From assembly GCA_039796015.1 (NCBI GenBank), contig JBDKKQ010000028.1, forward strand, positions 1 to 49,416: a DNA stretch of 49,416 nt, in the 5' to 3' direction. The notes below the pieces were generated by a model, which had not been told where the DNA came from, ran no database searches, and was given only the letters and a program-made list of their open reading frames with translations. Made by a program: the position numbers and the translations under genes. This DNA comes from Verrucomicrobiota bacterium. GTDB lineage: Bacteria > Verrucomicrobiota > Verrucomicrobiia > Limisphaerales > UBA9464. Position 1 is the stretch's first letter. The number at the start of each line of letters is the position of its first letter. Positions 35,372-44,347 of this stretch are shown piece after piece.

Positions 35372-36309
35372 GGTTCCGGAAGTCGCTCCAGAACCCGCAG
35401 TCGCGCACTGCGGGCCCGGGGGTTAGTGCTTAGTTCTGATTCTGAAGCCGCGATTCCTTTTCGGGCCAATTCCCGGCCACGGGGACGCCGCGGGTGCCGG
35501 AAATCCGGATGATCCTCAGGGCCTTCAAAGTCATAGTCCCGGGCCTCGCGCCGCATGAACTCCTTGACCAAGCGGTCTTCTAGCGATTGGAAGCTGATCA
35601 CCGCCAATCGGCCGCCGGGGGCCAAGAGTTGGAACGCGCGGTTCAAGCCAGTCTGGACCGCGGTCAACTCGTCATTGGTGGCAATTCGTAATGCCTGAAA
35701 GCAGCGGGTGGCTGGGTGTGTGGGAGCTCCCCGCCGGGGACAGATTCGCTCGATGAATTGAGCTAACTGGCCGGTGGTGGTGAAGGGGCGATTACGGCGC
35801 TCAGTCTCGATCGCGCGGGCAATTTTTCGGGAATGACGTTCATCGCCCAGTTTCCAAAAATGATCCGCCAATTCGCTGGCTGGGAGCGTGTTGACGAGGT
35901 CGGCCGCGGTGGGGCCCGCTCCGCTTTGATCCATGCGCATGTCCAGTGGTCCATCCTTCTGGAAGGAGAACCCGCGCTCGGGCGTGTCGAGTTGGTGGGA
36001 GCTGACGCCGAGATCGAGCAGAATTCCGTCGAGCGATCGGGGGGCGATCCACTGGTCTGCCTCGGTGAAATTGCACTGATGGGTCTCTAGCCGCTCGCTG
36101 TAGGGCTTGAGTCGTTCACGGGCGGCGCAGAGGGCCTCGGTGTCCCGGTCGCAACCGTAGAGAAATCCATCCGGTGAGCTGGCCTCCAGAATCGCCGCAG
36201 AGTGACCACCACCACCCAGGGTGCCATCCAGGTATCGTCCGCGTGCTTTGGGTTGGAGTGCGCTCACTACTTCGGTCAGTAGAACGGGTTGATGTGAAAA
36301 TGAGGGCAC
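35368..36309 (-). CDS. rsmH: 16S rRNA (cytosine1402-N4)-methyltransferase
   Basis: HQPVLL, SAM-binding DGTLGGGGHS, LDLGVSSHQLD, and C-terminal SFQSLEDR and NPRARSARLR motifs. Confidence 0.92.
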   Translation of the reverse strand: MPSFSHQPVLLTEVVSALQPKARGRYLDGTLGGGGHSAAILEASSPDGFLYGCDRDTEALCAARERLKPYSERLETHQCNFTEADQWIAPRSLDGILLDLGVSSHQLDTPERGFSFQKDGPLDMRMDQSGAGPTAADLVNTLPASELADHFWKLGDERHSRKIARAIETERRNRPFTTTGQLAQFIERICPRRGAPTHPATRCFQALRIATNDELTAVQTGLNRAFQLLAPGGRLAVISFQSLEDRLVKEFMRREARDYDFEGPEDHPDFRHPRRPRGRELARKGIAASESELSTNPRARSARLRVLERLPEP

Positions 36310-36323
36310 GAGGCATCAAGCAT

Positions 36324-36719
36324 TCAGTCCCGCGCGACCAAGCGGCTGGTTACCGATGAGCGGTTCCGCAGGCGGTTGACGGCCAATTCGGGATCGTGGG
36401 TTCCACCGGCTCCCGGTGGTCGAGTTTCGTGCAGGAGTCGGGTTTCCCGGCGGCGGCGCACGAGTTCTACGTCATCCTCGACGAGATCGTTGCGCATGGG
36501 TGTCACCGCAGGCAGTTGGAGCTCTCCCTGAATGAGGTTTCGGTTCGGTGTTCGATGATTCTCAAAGGAGAAAAAGCGGCGCACGAGTGTCTCGGGTAGT
36601 GCTTTGACGGAACCGAGTGGGACGCCCCCCAAGCTAGAGGTTTGTTGAAGGGAAGAGAGGGGGCCGCGTTGGCCCGAAGAAAACCAAGAGCGCGGGTTGA
36701 GCAGTGCCAACAGCTTCAT
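36324..36719 (-). CDS. hypothetical protein inserted between mraZ and rsmH
   Basis: 131-aa ORF. Its ATG overlaps the mraZ stop (ATGA at 36716-36719) and it ends 14 nt before the rsmH start. The first 20 codons have ~75% G/C at third positions, consistent with coding sequence in this genome. No recognisable motif. Confidence 0.45.
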   Translation of the reverse strand: MKLLALLNPRSWFSSGQRGPLSSLQQTSSLGGVPLGSVKALPETLVRRFFSFENHRTPNRNLIQGELQLPAVTPMRNDLVEDDVELVRRRRETRLLHETRPPGAGGTHDPELAVNRLRNRSSVTSRLVARD

Positions 36720-37225
36720 GTCTTTTGGGGATTCTGGACCTTTTTGATGAGCCGTTCCGAGAGGCGGGCCGTCTGATAGGCTTCAGGGTTCCACAACTCG
36801 AATCGATCGATGCATCCGACGAAAAGAACGTCATCGGTCAGGCCTGCGGCTCCGCGCATTTCTTTGGGCAAACAAATCCGCCCGGCGCTATCGAGTTCTA
36901 GCTCGATGATCCGATCCACATAGTCGTGTCTCTCGGCCAGTCTCAGCGGGTCGGTGAAGTCGCCTTGGCAGATGGGGTTGCTGAAGCGCTCGAATTGTTC
37001 GACGGGCAGCACCATCACGAATTCTGCCTCCGACGGGTGTCGGATCATCACCGCCATGAGGGACAGGCTGGAGGGATCTTCGGGTCGCCACTTGGCCGGC
37101 AATGGAACCCGGCCTTGCGAATCGAGCTTGTGGTCGTAGCGCCAGGTGAAACGGGGTCGCTGGGATGCTGGAATGGCTCCAGTCATACCGGCTCCGATTT
37201 CTGTGATTTCACCTGCGGCGGTCAT
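36716..37225 (-). CDS. mraZ: transcriptional regulator MraZ
   Basis: Two SpoVT/AbrB-type half-domains, each with the D-x-x-G-R motif (KLDSQGRVPLPAKWR and ELDSAGRICLPKEMR). First gene of the dcw cluster. The true start may be the second ATG (37186, MTGAIPAS...). Confidence 0.85.
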   Translation of the reverse strand: MTAAGEITEIGAGMTGAIPASQRPRFTWRYDHKLDSQGRVPLPAKWRPEDPSSLSLMAVMIRHPSEAEFVMVLPVEQFERFSNPICQGDFTDPLRLAERHDYVDRIIELELDSAGRICLPKEMRGAAGLTDDVLFVGCIDRFELWNPEAYQTARLSERLIKKVQNPQKT

Positions 37226-37462
37226 TTGAGCGTGTGAGGGATTAGCCCTCGTCCAGAAGCACCAGAAAGCACTGATTCCTTTGAACGGCTACTTCTTACA
37301 GCAAATGCCTCCCTTTTTGCAACTAACTCGTTGCTTTTTCTTACTAACTGTTATGAACAAGTTGTGCACAATTAAATTTTAGTCTGAAAAGCCAATGAAT
37401 ACCGTTAACATTTAAGTCATGTTCAGATCGACATTCAGGGTTGTTTCCCTTTTCCTCCCTGT
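37226..37462. promoter_or_regulatory. AT-rich divergent intergenic region (mraZ/dcw promoter and queA promoter)
   Basis: A 237-nt spacer that is visibly much more AT-rich than its flanks (e.g. TTGTGCACAATTAAATTTTAGTCTGAAAAG). It contains the direct repeat ACTAACT at 37322-37328 and 37343-37349, 21 nt apart. No promoter consensus was verified. Confidence 0.4.
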
Positions 37463-38533
37463 GTGCGTGTAGCGGATTTTGATTTCGACCTGCCGTCTGA
37501 TCGCATTGCCCAATCTCCACCTGCGGAGCGGGACGGGTCTCGACTGATGGTTTTGGACCGTCATTCCGGGGGGCACGTGCATCAGAAGTTTTCCGATATC
37601 GTTAGCCTTTTAAGGGAAGGCGATGTTTTGGTGATGAATGATTCTCGGGTTATTCCCGCTCGTTTACAGGGGCGGAAACTCGAGTCGCCAGGTCGCGTGG
37701 AATTGTTGTTGCTCGAGGAGACTGAAGCGGGCTTTTGGTGGTCCATGGTCCGTCCCGGAAAACGAGTCCGACCGGGCATGCGCCTGCAATTCGGTGAACC
37801 CGGGACGGACCAACTGGTGTGCGAGGTCATTGATAAGAATCCGGACGGGCACATTCTGGTACGGTGGGAGCAACCGGAATTTTTCTGGGAACGTCTCCCC
37901 AAAATCGGTCAAATTCCATTGCCTCCTTACATTGAGCGGGGCGAACAGGGCGCTAGTGAGCAAGATGCTGTCCGGTATCAGACCGTCTATGGTTGTACTG
38001 CGGGGTCGGTGGCCGCACCGACGGCCGGTCTGCATTTTACGGACCAGATTTTGCGTTCTCTGGAGGCCAAGGGGGTTCGTCTGTGCTACGTGACCTTGCA
38101 CGTCGGGGCCGGAACCTTCCTTCCGGTTAAGGCAGAGTCGCTGTCCGAGCACACCATGCACGAAGAACGGTATATTTTGGGCAGTGAGACTGCTCAATCT
38201 CTCAATGACGCTCAAGCATCGGGGAGGCGTGTCATCGCCGTGGGGACTACCAGCATGCGCGTTTTGGAGACCGTAGCCGCCCAGACCGAAGGCCCCATCC
38301 AACCGTGCACCGGTCGAACTCGCATTTTCATTCACCCTCCCTATCGGTTCCGCATAGTCAACGGGCTCCTGACGAACTTCCATCTACCTCGAAGCACCTT
38401 GCTGATGTTGGTCAGCGCCTTTGCCGATCCGGGGGGGCTTGGGGGGCGTGAACGCGTTCAATCGGCGTACGCGGAGGCAATTCGAGAGCAATATCGATTC
38501 TTTAGTTATGGCGACGCCATGTTCCTCCACTGA
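37463..38533 (+). CDS. queA: S-adenosylmethionine:tRNA ribosyltransferase-isomerase
   Basis: 356-aa ORF with a GTG start. N-terminus VADFDFDLPSDRIAQSP, then LPPYI, AAPTAGLHFT, VTLHVGAGTF, GTTSMRVLE and FFSYGDAM, characteristic of QueA. Confidence 0.92.
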   Translation: MRVADFDFDLPSDRIAQSPPAERDGSRLMVLDRHSGGHVHQKFSDIVSLLREGDVLVMNDSRVIPARLQGRKLESPGRVELLLLEETEAGFWWSMVRPGKRVRPGMRLQFGEPGTDQLVCEVIDKNPDGHILVRWEQPEFFWERLPKIGQIPLPPYIERGEQGASEQDAVRYQTVYGCTAGSVAAPTAGLHFTDQILRSLEAKGVRLCYVTLHVGAGTFLPVKAESLSEHTMHEERYILGSETAQSLNDAQASGRRVIAVGTTSMRVLETVAAQTEGPIQPCTGRTRIFIHPPYRFRIVNGLLTNFHLPRSTLLMLVSAFADPGGLGGRERVQSAYAEAIREQYRFFSYGDAMFLH

Positions 38534-39290
38534 ACCGCTTGCCGGAATACCGGAAGCCGGGCGGCGACCGTACGTCGTCATCAACATGGCCATGACGGCC
38601 GATGGCAAGGTGGCTACCGCTGGCCGCGAGGTGACCACTTTTGGCAGCCCACATGACAAAAAGGCCCTCTATGCCCTGAGAGCTACTGCCGACGCCCTTC
38701 TGTGTGGAGCGCGAACCGTCGAAGAAACCGGAGCCACTTTGGGGACAGGCTCCTCGGAACATAAGGCGACCCGGCGGCGAGCGGGGTTGGCTCCAGAGCC
38801 CGTCCGAGTGGTGGTGAGTGGCTCCGGATCTCTGTCCTCTGAGGCAGAATTATGGAAGCGTCCCGGGGCCCCAATCGTGATTTTCAGCGCTGGAAACGCT
38901 TCGAAACCAAATCTGCAACGATTGCGTGATCTCGAAGCTGAGGTTTGGAGTTCGCCCGGAAGTCAGGTCGATTTTCCGGCCGCCTTGGCCTGGTTGGCCG
39001 GGCGCCACGGGATCCGTCGCTTGGTTGCGGAAGGCGGGGGACGGGTGAATGCCACTCTTTTGGCCGCGGACTGTGTCGATGAGATCCGACTTACCTGGGT
39101 TCCCCGGATCTTTGGGGGACAGGCTGCACCCACGATCGCAGACGGCCCCTTGGCGGCCTGCCTGGCCGATGCGGTGCGCTTCCGCTTGGTTCGTGTGAAG
39201 ACGGTGGGTAATGAGCGCTTCCTGCAGTATGTCCGCGCCGACCGCAGCGCTACTTCGCACCCTGCCGAATCCACTCCTCCACCTGTTTGA
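38508..39290 (+). CDS. RibD C-terminal domain (DHFR-like) reductase family protein
   Basis: RPYVVINMAMTADGKVA, ALRATADALLCGARTV and RRLVAEGGGRVNATLL match the RibD_C/pyrimidine reductase pattern. The start is set at ATG 38508 and overlaps the queA 3' end by 26 nt; the track ORF begins at 38421. The 3' end overlaps the convergent cytochrome c gene by 41 nt. Confidence 0.68.
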   Translation: MATPCSSTEPLAGIPEAGRRPYVVINMAMTADGKVATAGREVTTFGSPHDKKALYALRATADALLCGARTVEETGATLGTGSSEHKATRRRAGLAPEPVRVVVSGSGSLSSEAELWKRPGAPIVIFSAGNASKPNLQRLRDLEAEVWSSPGSQVDFPAALAWLAGRHGIRRLVAEGGGRVNATLLAADCVDEIRLTWVPRIFGGQAAPTIADGPLAACLADAVRFRLVRVKTVGNERFLQYVRADRSATSHPAESTPPPV

Positions 39291-39999
39291 GAGACTTCTC
39301 GGAAACCCGGTGGGCTTCTGGCTTGGGAATGTCTTCATCCTTTCCGGCGAGGATGGTCAGGAGTGACGACTTGCGGAGGTCGCCTGGCACAACGACCCGA
39401 CCGTAGGACTTCCCTCCGGTGAGCAACCCTTCGAGTGAATCCACCGAGAACCCGCCCTCGGCGGTTGCTCCGGAATGGCATTTGGCACAGGAAGCGGCCA
39501 AGAGTTTCTGAATGTCCGGCTGGAAGCGAACCGACTGGACGACCTCGGCGATGGGTCCATCGGGCCAAACGGCTCCTTGATCGATCCACGCTCGAAGCAG
39601 GCCGATTTGTTCAGCGGTGAGCGGGTCGCTTTCACCGGGCTTGCCTCCGGGTGGAGGCATGAGCATTTCATCGATCAACCCAGCGGCCATGAGGATGATC
39701 GCACTCTTGGTACTGTCTCTGGCCTGGATAGCGGGGCCGTGGTCGTCGGTCACCTTGAAAGCGCCTTCCCGGGTATCCATGCGGTATTTCCCTTTTTGCT
39801 TATCGGGGCCGTGGCACTTGAAACAGGCCGCTTTGAACAGCGGATAAACCTCCGTTTTGAAGTCCACCGGTCGTTTCAGGGCAGGTGGCAGTTTGGCCAA
39901 CTGGGTCGGAGGGATTGGAACTTGCGCCAAGAGGGGTAGCGCCCAGAGCGCCGACCACAGCGCCGCCCAACTGGGAAGGAACTTCAACCTCGGAATCAT
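39250..39999 (-). CDS. secreted dihaem c-type cytochrome domain protein (PSCyt1-like, PVC-typical)
   Basis: The start is set at ATG 39999, where a signal peptide begins (MIPRLKFLPSWAALWSALWALPLLAQ). Two CxxCH haem motifs sit in PSCyt1-like context (CFKCHGPDKQKGKYRMD and CAKCHSGATAEGGFSVDS). The track ORF extends 130 codons upstream without protein-like features. Confidence 0.7.
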   Translation of the reverse strand: MIPRLKFLPSWAALWSALWALPLLAQVPIPPTQLAKLPPALKRPVDFKTEVYPLFKAACFKCHGPDKQKGKYRMDTREGAFKVTDDHGPAIQARDSTKSAIILMAAGLIDEMLMPPPGGKPGESDPLTAEQIGLLRAWIDQGAVWPDGPIAEVVQSVRFQPDIQKLLAASCAKCHSGATAEGGFSVDSLEGLLTGGKSYGRVVVPGDLRKSSLLTILAGKDEDIPKPEAHRVSEKSLKQVEEWIRQGAK

Positions 40000-40064
40000 G
40001 GCCTGAAGCTTAAAGATCGAATGCGACCGAGGGAAGGGCGGCCATGGGTGTCTTTCCGCAACGA

Positions 40065-40937
40065 TCAACCGCCACGGAGCCAAAATGTCAGGGCCGGAAT
40101 CCAGACCAGCGTCGGTAACAAATTGGCTAGAGCGGCTCGACGCACACCGGCGATGGCTGGGGCGCTGCAAAGAATCAGCAGGCTGCAAGCCGTCATGAGC
40201 CCATTGGAAACGCCCTGAGCTTGGAGCCAACTGGCCAAGGCAGCCGCGCCCGCCGTCCAGCAAGCCTGCCAGACGAGGATCACCCCCAGCATCAGAAGGG
40301 ACAGGCTCCATCGTATTGGGGACAGGCTCCGAACCCACGTGTAGAGCGCTACCGCGTCCAAGGCGGCCTTCAAGGCCAGTCCGACCCACCGATGTTCCAG
40401 TCCGTCCTGGACTGCGGCGGGAATGAGCAATGGGTTGAGCGCTAAAAGAGCCCCGATGGACAGCGCGCCTGGCACATCGGTGGGCTTTCCATTAGGGATG
40501 GGCAGATGGCTCGAAAGGGTGCGTCCCCAGGCGTCTAGAACCCGCTGAAGGCGCAAAATTCGGCCGGTGAGGTTGCCTAACACGAGGCCGACCAGCGCAA
40601 TGCCCAAATATCGGATCGCGCCGGACATTGGGGTGGGAAGGGTATGGAGAATCCCGGTCCCGCCGATGAGCGCCGCCAAGCCAGCGGCCCCCCAGCGGAA
40701 TCGCCCCAAGTCGGGAGGTTGATTGTCTTTGCCTAGGGAGCGTCGAGCCCATAGGAGGGCCCCAACCCCGGCAACGGCATTAATCCAAGTGCCCAGCACT
40801 GCCAGTGAGACTCTCCGGAAATGGTTGAATCTGCAACCCGTCTGCAGGGCGGTGAATTTGAGGAATCGACGGATTGTTGCGAAATCCACTTGCCCCAGGT
40901 TTACAAATGGTTTTCTTAGCCGGTTCTCGGATGGCAC
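40065..40937 (-). CDS. polytopic membrane protein, DUF554 (YqgA/YdfK)-like
   Basis: Multiple TM helices. Blocks recalled from DUF554: LGTWINAVAGVGALL (N-terminal), AVQDGL...ALKAALDAV, and CSLLILCSAPAIAGVRRAALANLLPTL. The true start is probably internal (non-ATG, ~aa 40). Confidence 0.5.
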   Translation of the reverse strand: MPSENRLRKPFVNLGQVDFATIRRFLKFTALQTGCRFNHFRRVSLAVLGTWINAVAGVGALLWARRSLGKDNQPPDLGRFRWGAAGLAALIGGTGILHTLPTPMSGAIRYLGIALVGLVLGNLTGRILRLQRVLDAWGRTLSSHLPIPNGKPTDVPGALSIGALLALNPLLIPAAVQDGLEHRWVGLALKAALDAVALYTWVRSLSPIRWSLSLLMLGVILVWQACWTAGAAALASWLQAQGVSNGLMTACSLLILCSAPAIAGVRRAALANLLPTLVWIPALTFWLRGG

Positions 40938-40988
40938 GCAGAGTTAAAGAGTAAGACTGAGTGCCGCCCAAGACGCTTTCTCGAATTC

Positions 40989-41300
40989 ATGAACTCGGCT
41001 TCCCGTCCCCCAGGCCCCCCGCGATCCCTTGGTTCCAAGGCGCTGGTCCCGGTCCACTTCATCTGCCTGGCTCCCCAGGCTCAAAAAGTGGCGGTCGTGG
41101 GAGAATTCAACGCTTGGAACCCGGATTCCAATCCAATGGCTCAAGCCTTTGATGGGTCTTGGCAGGCTTCAGTGAGCATCCGCCATGGCCACCACCAGTA
41201 TGCCTTCTGGGTGGATGGCGCCTTGCAGGTGGACCCGCGCGGTCAGGGAATTAGCCGCAACTCCGAGGGACAACGGGTCTCTCTCTTGGCGGTCAGCTGA
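40989..41300 (+). CDS. stand-alone CBM48 / E-set glycogen-binding-like domain protein
   Basis: 103-aa ORF. VHFICLAPQAQKVAVVGEFNAWNPDSNPMAQAFDGSWQASVSIRHGHHQYAFWVDGALQVDP matches the pattern V-x-F...V-x-V-x-G-x-FN-x-W....M......W.....L..G...Y-x-F-x-VDG....DP. No obvious signal peptide. Confidence 0.6.
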   Translation: MNSASRPPGPPRSLGSKALVPVHFICLAPQAQKVAVVGEFNAWNPDSNPMAQAFDGSWQASVSIRHGHHQYAFWVDGALQVDPRGQGISRNSEGQRVSLLAVS

Positions 41301-41361
41301 AGCCTCTGCATCGGGGAGATGGAACTTTCGGCGCGCGCCGGTTATCCAAACGGCACGCGAC

Positions 41362-42660
41362 ATGGCGCAATTCAACTACAAGGCACGGCGGCGTTCGGGT
41401 GAAGTCGTCGAAGGAGTCCTCGAAGCGGGGGACCGTGCGGCTGCCGTCGTGCAGGTCGAACGGTTGGGAGTTATCCCAGTTTCCGTGGTTCAAGCAAAGG
41501 GTTCGACCAAGCCGGCGAAGTCTTCGTCTTCGTCGTCGGCCGGTTCACCCGCAGCTCGGGCCGCGGCCGTCGAGGGCTCCCAGGCAGGATTAAGCCGGCT
41601 GTTCGCACGGGGCCCCAAAAAGCCCGGACTCAAGGAGTTGGCCATGTACACGCTCCAGTTGGCCAATTTGCTTCGTGCGGGAATGCCTCTCACGATGGCC
41701 CTGCGCAGCATGGAAAGCCTGTCCTCTAAGGGGATTCCCGGTGAGGCCAGTCGCCAGCTGAAGCAGGATGTGACCGAGGGTCGCAGTCTCTCTGATGCCA
41801 TGGCTCGCCAGAACCACATCTTCCCGGATCTGGTCATCAACATGGTTCGGGCCGGTGAGCAGTCCGGCGCGCTCGAAGAGGTTTTGCGGCGGCAGGCAGC
41901 CCATTTTGATCGGTTTGCCGAGGTTCAGTCGAAGTTCAAGTCGGCCATGATTTATCCGGCCGTGGTCTGCGTCGTCGGTGGAGCGCTGGTCATATTCTTC
42001 ATGACGGTCATGCTGCCGAAGTTCATGACGCTCTTCGACAACACCAAAATCGAGTTGCCGGCCATGACCAAAATGCTCATCGCCATGAGCAGTTTTCTCA
42101 GCGGCTACTGGTGGGCATTACTTTTGGCTGGTGGTGCTGCGGTGGCGGGCTTCCGGCGCTATCGGGCGAGCAAGGCGGGTCGCGAGTCATTGGACCGCCT
42201 GGTGATGAGGCTTCCAGTCATTGGTAAGGTGGTCCGACTCAACTTGTTTGGGCAGTTCGCGCGCACGCTTTCGACCCTGCTTCAGAATGGTGTGCCGGTG
42301 TTGCAGGCTTTGCGCATCACCGAGCAGGTCATGCCCAACGTAGTGATCAAGGAGGCCATCGCCCGCACCCGCGAGGCCGTCACCGACGGCAAGACCTTGG
42401 CGCAACCCCTGGCTAAGAGCCGACTGTTTCCGCAGCTGATGATCGACCTGATCAAGATTGGTGAGGAGACCGGCGACGTGCCCGCGGCCTTGTCCAATGT
42501 GGCGGATACCTACGAGAACGACCTCAATGTCGGTCTAACGGCGATGACCAACCTCATCCAACCGGTGATCATCGTGGCCATCGCCTTTGTGGTCGGCTTC
42601 ATGCTCTTGGGTGTGATGTCGGCAATGTTCAAGATCACCGAAAGCATTTCCACTCGCTAA
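41362..42660 (+). CDS. gspF: type II secretion / type IV pilus platform protein GspF/PilC family
   Basis: The start is set at ATG 41362 (MAQFNYKARRRSGEVVEG..., typical of the family). Two T2SSF repeats are present, with AGEQSGALEEVL and IGEETGDVPAAL motifs and three TM segments. The track ORF starts 59 codons earlier, overlapping the CBM48 gene. Confidence 0.88.
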   Translation: MAQFNYKARRRSGEVVEGVLEAGDRAAAVVQVERLGVIPVSVVQAKGSTKPAKSSSSSSAGSPAARAAAVEGSQAGLSRLFARGPKKPGLKELAMYTLQLANLLRAGMPLTMALRSMESLSSKGIPGEASRQLKQDVTEGRSLSDAMARQNHIFPDLVINMVRAGEQSGALEEVLRRQAAHFDRFAEVQSKFKSAMIYPAVVCVVGGALVIFFMTVMLPKFMTLFDNTKIELPAMTKMLIAMSSFLSGYWWALLLAGGAAVAGFRRYRASKAGRESLDRLVMRLPVIGKVVRLNLFGQFARTLSTLLQNGVPVLQALRITEQVMPNVVIKEAIARTREAVTDGKTLAQPLAKSRLFPQLMIDLIKIGEETGDVPAALSNVADTYENDLNVGLTAMTNLIQPVIIVAIAFVVGFMLLGVMSAMFKITESISTR

Positions 42661-42672
42661 GAGACTGAAGCG

Positions 42673-43260
42673 ATGAGGACTGCCTTCCACATTCGATTCC
42701 AAGGTGCCGCCGCCCGCGCCGCCTTCACCATGATCGAACTGGTGGTGGCTGTGATGCTTGTGTCCGTGATGATGTTTGTGGCGGTTCCCCGCTTCATGGC
42801 CAACAAGAAGGGGCCCATGGCCGAGGCACTCGAGGTTATGGAATCGGCCTGCAATGAAGCGCGGGCCCGGGCCATCATGGGCAATCGGCCGATGCAGGTG
42901 GTGCTCTACGGTGCAGAGGGGCGGGTTCTGGTCGAACCAGCACCGGAAGGCGTAATGGGGGCCACCAACGGGGTTTCGATGGCCTCGTTTGATCGGCTTC
43001 GGGATTCCGAGTCCATGAGTTCTGCTCCCCTGTCCAAACCTCCGTACCATGGGCAACTCAATGACGACGTCGCTTTCCGGAGTCTTTTGGTGAACGGACA
43101 GAACATGATGAGTTCCCCGTTGGCTGCGATCCGGTTTTTCCCCAATGGAACGAGCGATGCGATGACCGCCGAACTCAGTTGGCTGAAAGGAGGGCTCGAA
43201 GTGAAGCAGCTTATTTTGGAAGTCATCACGGCACGGCTTTCGATCGAGGACCTTCGATGA
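42673..43260 (+). CDS. GspH/FimT-like minor pseudopilin
   Basis: Prepilin-type N-terminus AAFTMIELVVAVMLVSVMMFVAV (Glu at +5). At 195 aa, its size and the C-terminal IRFFPNGTSD resemble GspH/FimT. The subtype call is tentative. Confidence 0.6.
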   Translation: MRTAFHIRFQGAAARAAFTMIELVVAVMLVSVMMFVAVPRFMANKKGPMAEALEVMESACNEARARAIMGNRPMQVVLYGAEGRVLVEPAPEGVMGATNGVSMASFDRLRDSESMSSAPLSKPPYHGQLNDDVAFRSLLVNGQNMMSSPLAAIRFFPNGTSDAMTAELSWLKGGLEVKQLILEVITARLSIEDLR

Positions 43261-43661
43261 GGTGCCGCCCAGTCATCCTAGGCCGCCGAGGTCAGGCTGG
43301 TGCGGCCTTCACCTTGATCGAGGTGGCTGTTGCCTCAGCCATCATGGCGCTGGCGCTCTTCGGGTTCATCTCGGTTTGTTCCACGGCGCTCAAATCGGCC
43401 AAATCCCTCAATCGGGTCGAGGTGGACGCCAGCAGCCTTGCGGCCGAGTTGTCGATTTCCAATCGCCTTGAAGAAATGTCCGACCATGGCGATTTTGGTA
43501 AGCTCTACCCCGGCTACCAATGGAGCCGCTCGGTTTATGAGGTGGGAACCAATGGTTTGTTCCGTGCCGACTTTGTCATCGTGGGTGGCCCTAAGGGTTC
43601 GGAGCGCCGCATGAGCGCCCTCTATTTCCCTAAACAATATGTTCAGGGGGCGAACCGATGA
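43257..43661 (+). CDS. GspI-like minor pseudopilin
   Basis: The ATG overlaps the upstream stop (ATGA at 43257-43260). Prepilin-type motif AAFTLIEVAVASAIMALALFGFI. Its small size (134 aa) and operon position fit GspI. Confidence 0.55.
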   Translation: MRCRPVILGRRGQAGAAFTLIEVAVASAIMALALFGFISVCSTALKSAKSLNRVEVDASSLAAELSISNRLEEMSDHGDFGKLYPGYQWSRSVYEVGTNGLFRADFVIVGGPKGSERRMSALYFPKQYVQGANR

Positions 43662-44347
43662 GAGGGCTAGTGTTTTCTAGCGGTCGGTCTTTGCGGCGGG
43701 GAGGCTTCACGGTGATGGAGGTCATGGTGGCCATCTTCCTCTTCGCTCTGATCCTCATGATGATTTACTCGACCTGGAGGCTGATCTTCCAGAGTTCGCA
43801 GGCGGCCATCCGTTCCACCACAGATTCCCAGCGGGCTCGGATGGCCATGCGTACCGTAGAAGACGCCCTCGCGTCGGCCACGATGTTTGCATCCAATCCG
43901 CGGCTTTACTTCTTTCAAGCCGATACGGCGGGTCAATTTGCCGCGGTGAGCTTCGCGGCCGATCTTTCGGATTCGTTCCCTAACAGCGGAATGTTCGGAG
44001 GCGAACGCATCCGCCGTGTCAGTTTCTACGTTCCTCCGGGCGGCAGCGACTTGGTGCTCGAACAGAACTCCTTGCTGGCAGATTTCGAGAGCGGAGGCGA
44101 GCCAGCGAGCATTGTCTTGGCGCGTGAGGTGCAGCTCTTCCAGTTGGAGTTCTGGGATGGTCAGCAGCGGGACTTTGTCGAGGAGTGGCTTTCGACCAAC
44201 CAGTTGCCCGTCATCGTTCGTGTGACACTGGGTTTTGGTGTGTCGAAGGGTTCTCGTGAGCCAGCGCAAATTGTCAGCCGGGTGGTTCGCTTGCCGACCG
44301 TTGCGGTGCCTCGCGAGGCTCAGGGCGTGATCGGAGGCGCCCCATGA
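43658..44347 (+). CDS. GspJ-like minor pseudopilin
   Basis: 4-nt overlap with the upstream gene. Prepilin-type motif GGFTVMEVMVAIFLFALILMMIY. 229 aa. Positioned before gspK. Confidence 0.55.
   Translation: MRGLVFSSGRSLRRGGFTVMEVMVAIFLFALILMMIYSTWRLIFQSSQAAIRSTTDSQRARMAMRTVEDALASATMFASNPRLYFFQADTAGQFAAVSFAADLSDSFPNSGMFGGERIRRVSFYVPPGGSDLVLEQNSLLADFESGGEPASIVLAREVQLFQLEFWDGQQRDFVEEWLSTNQLPVIVRVTLGFGVSKGSREPAQIVSRVVRLPTVAVPREAQGVIGGAP

Noticed and set aside
39250-39290. 41-nt 3'-3' overlap between the RibD-C-type reductase gene (+) and the cytochrome c gene (-).
   Set aside because: Both stops are simply those of the ORF track. Convergent overlaps of this size are not rare in compact GC-rich genomes, and I see no structure suggesting regulation.
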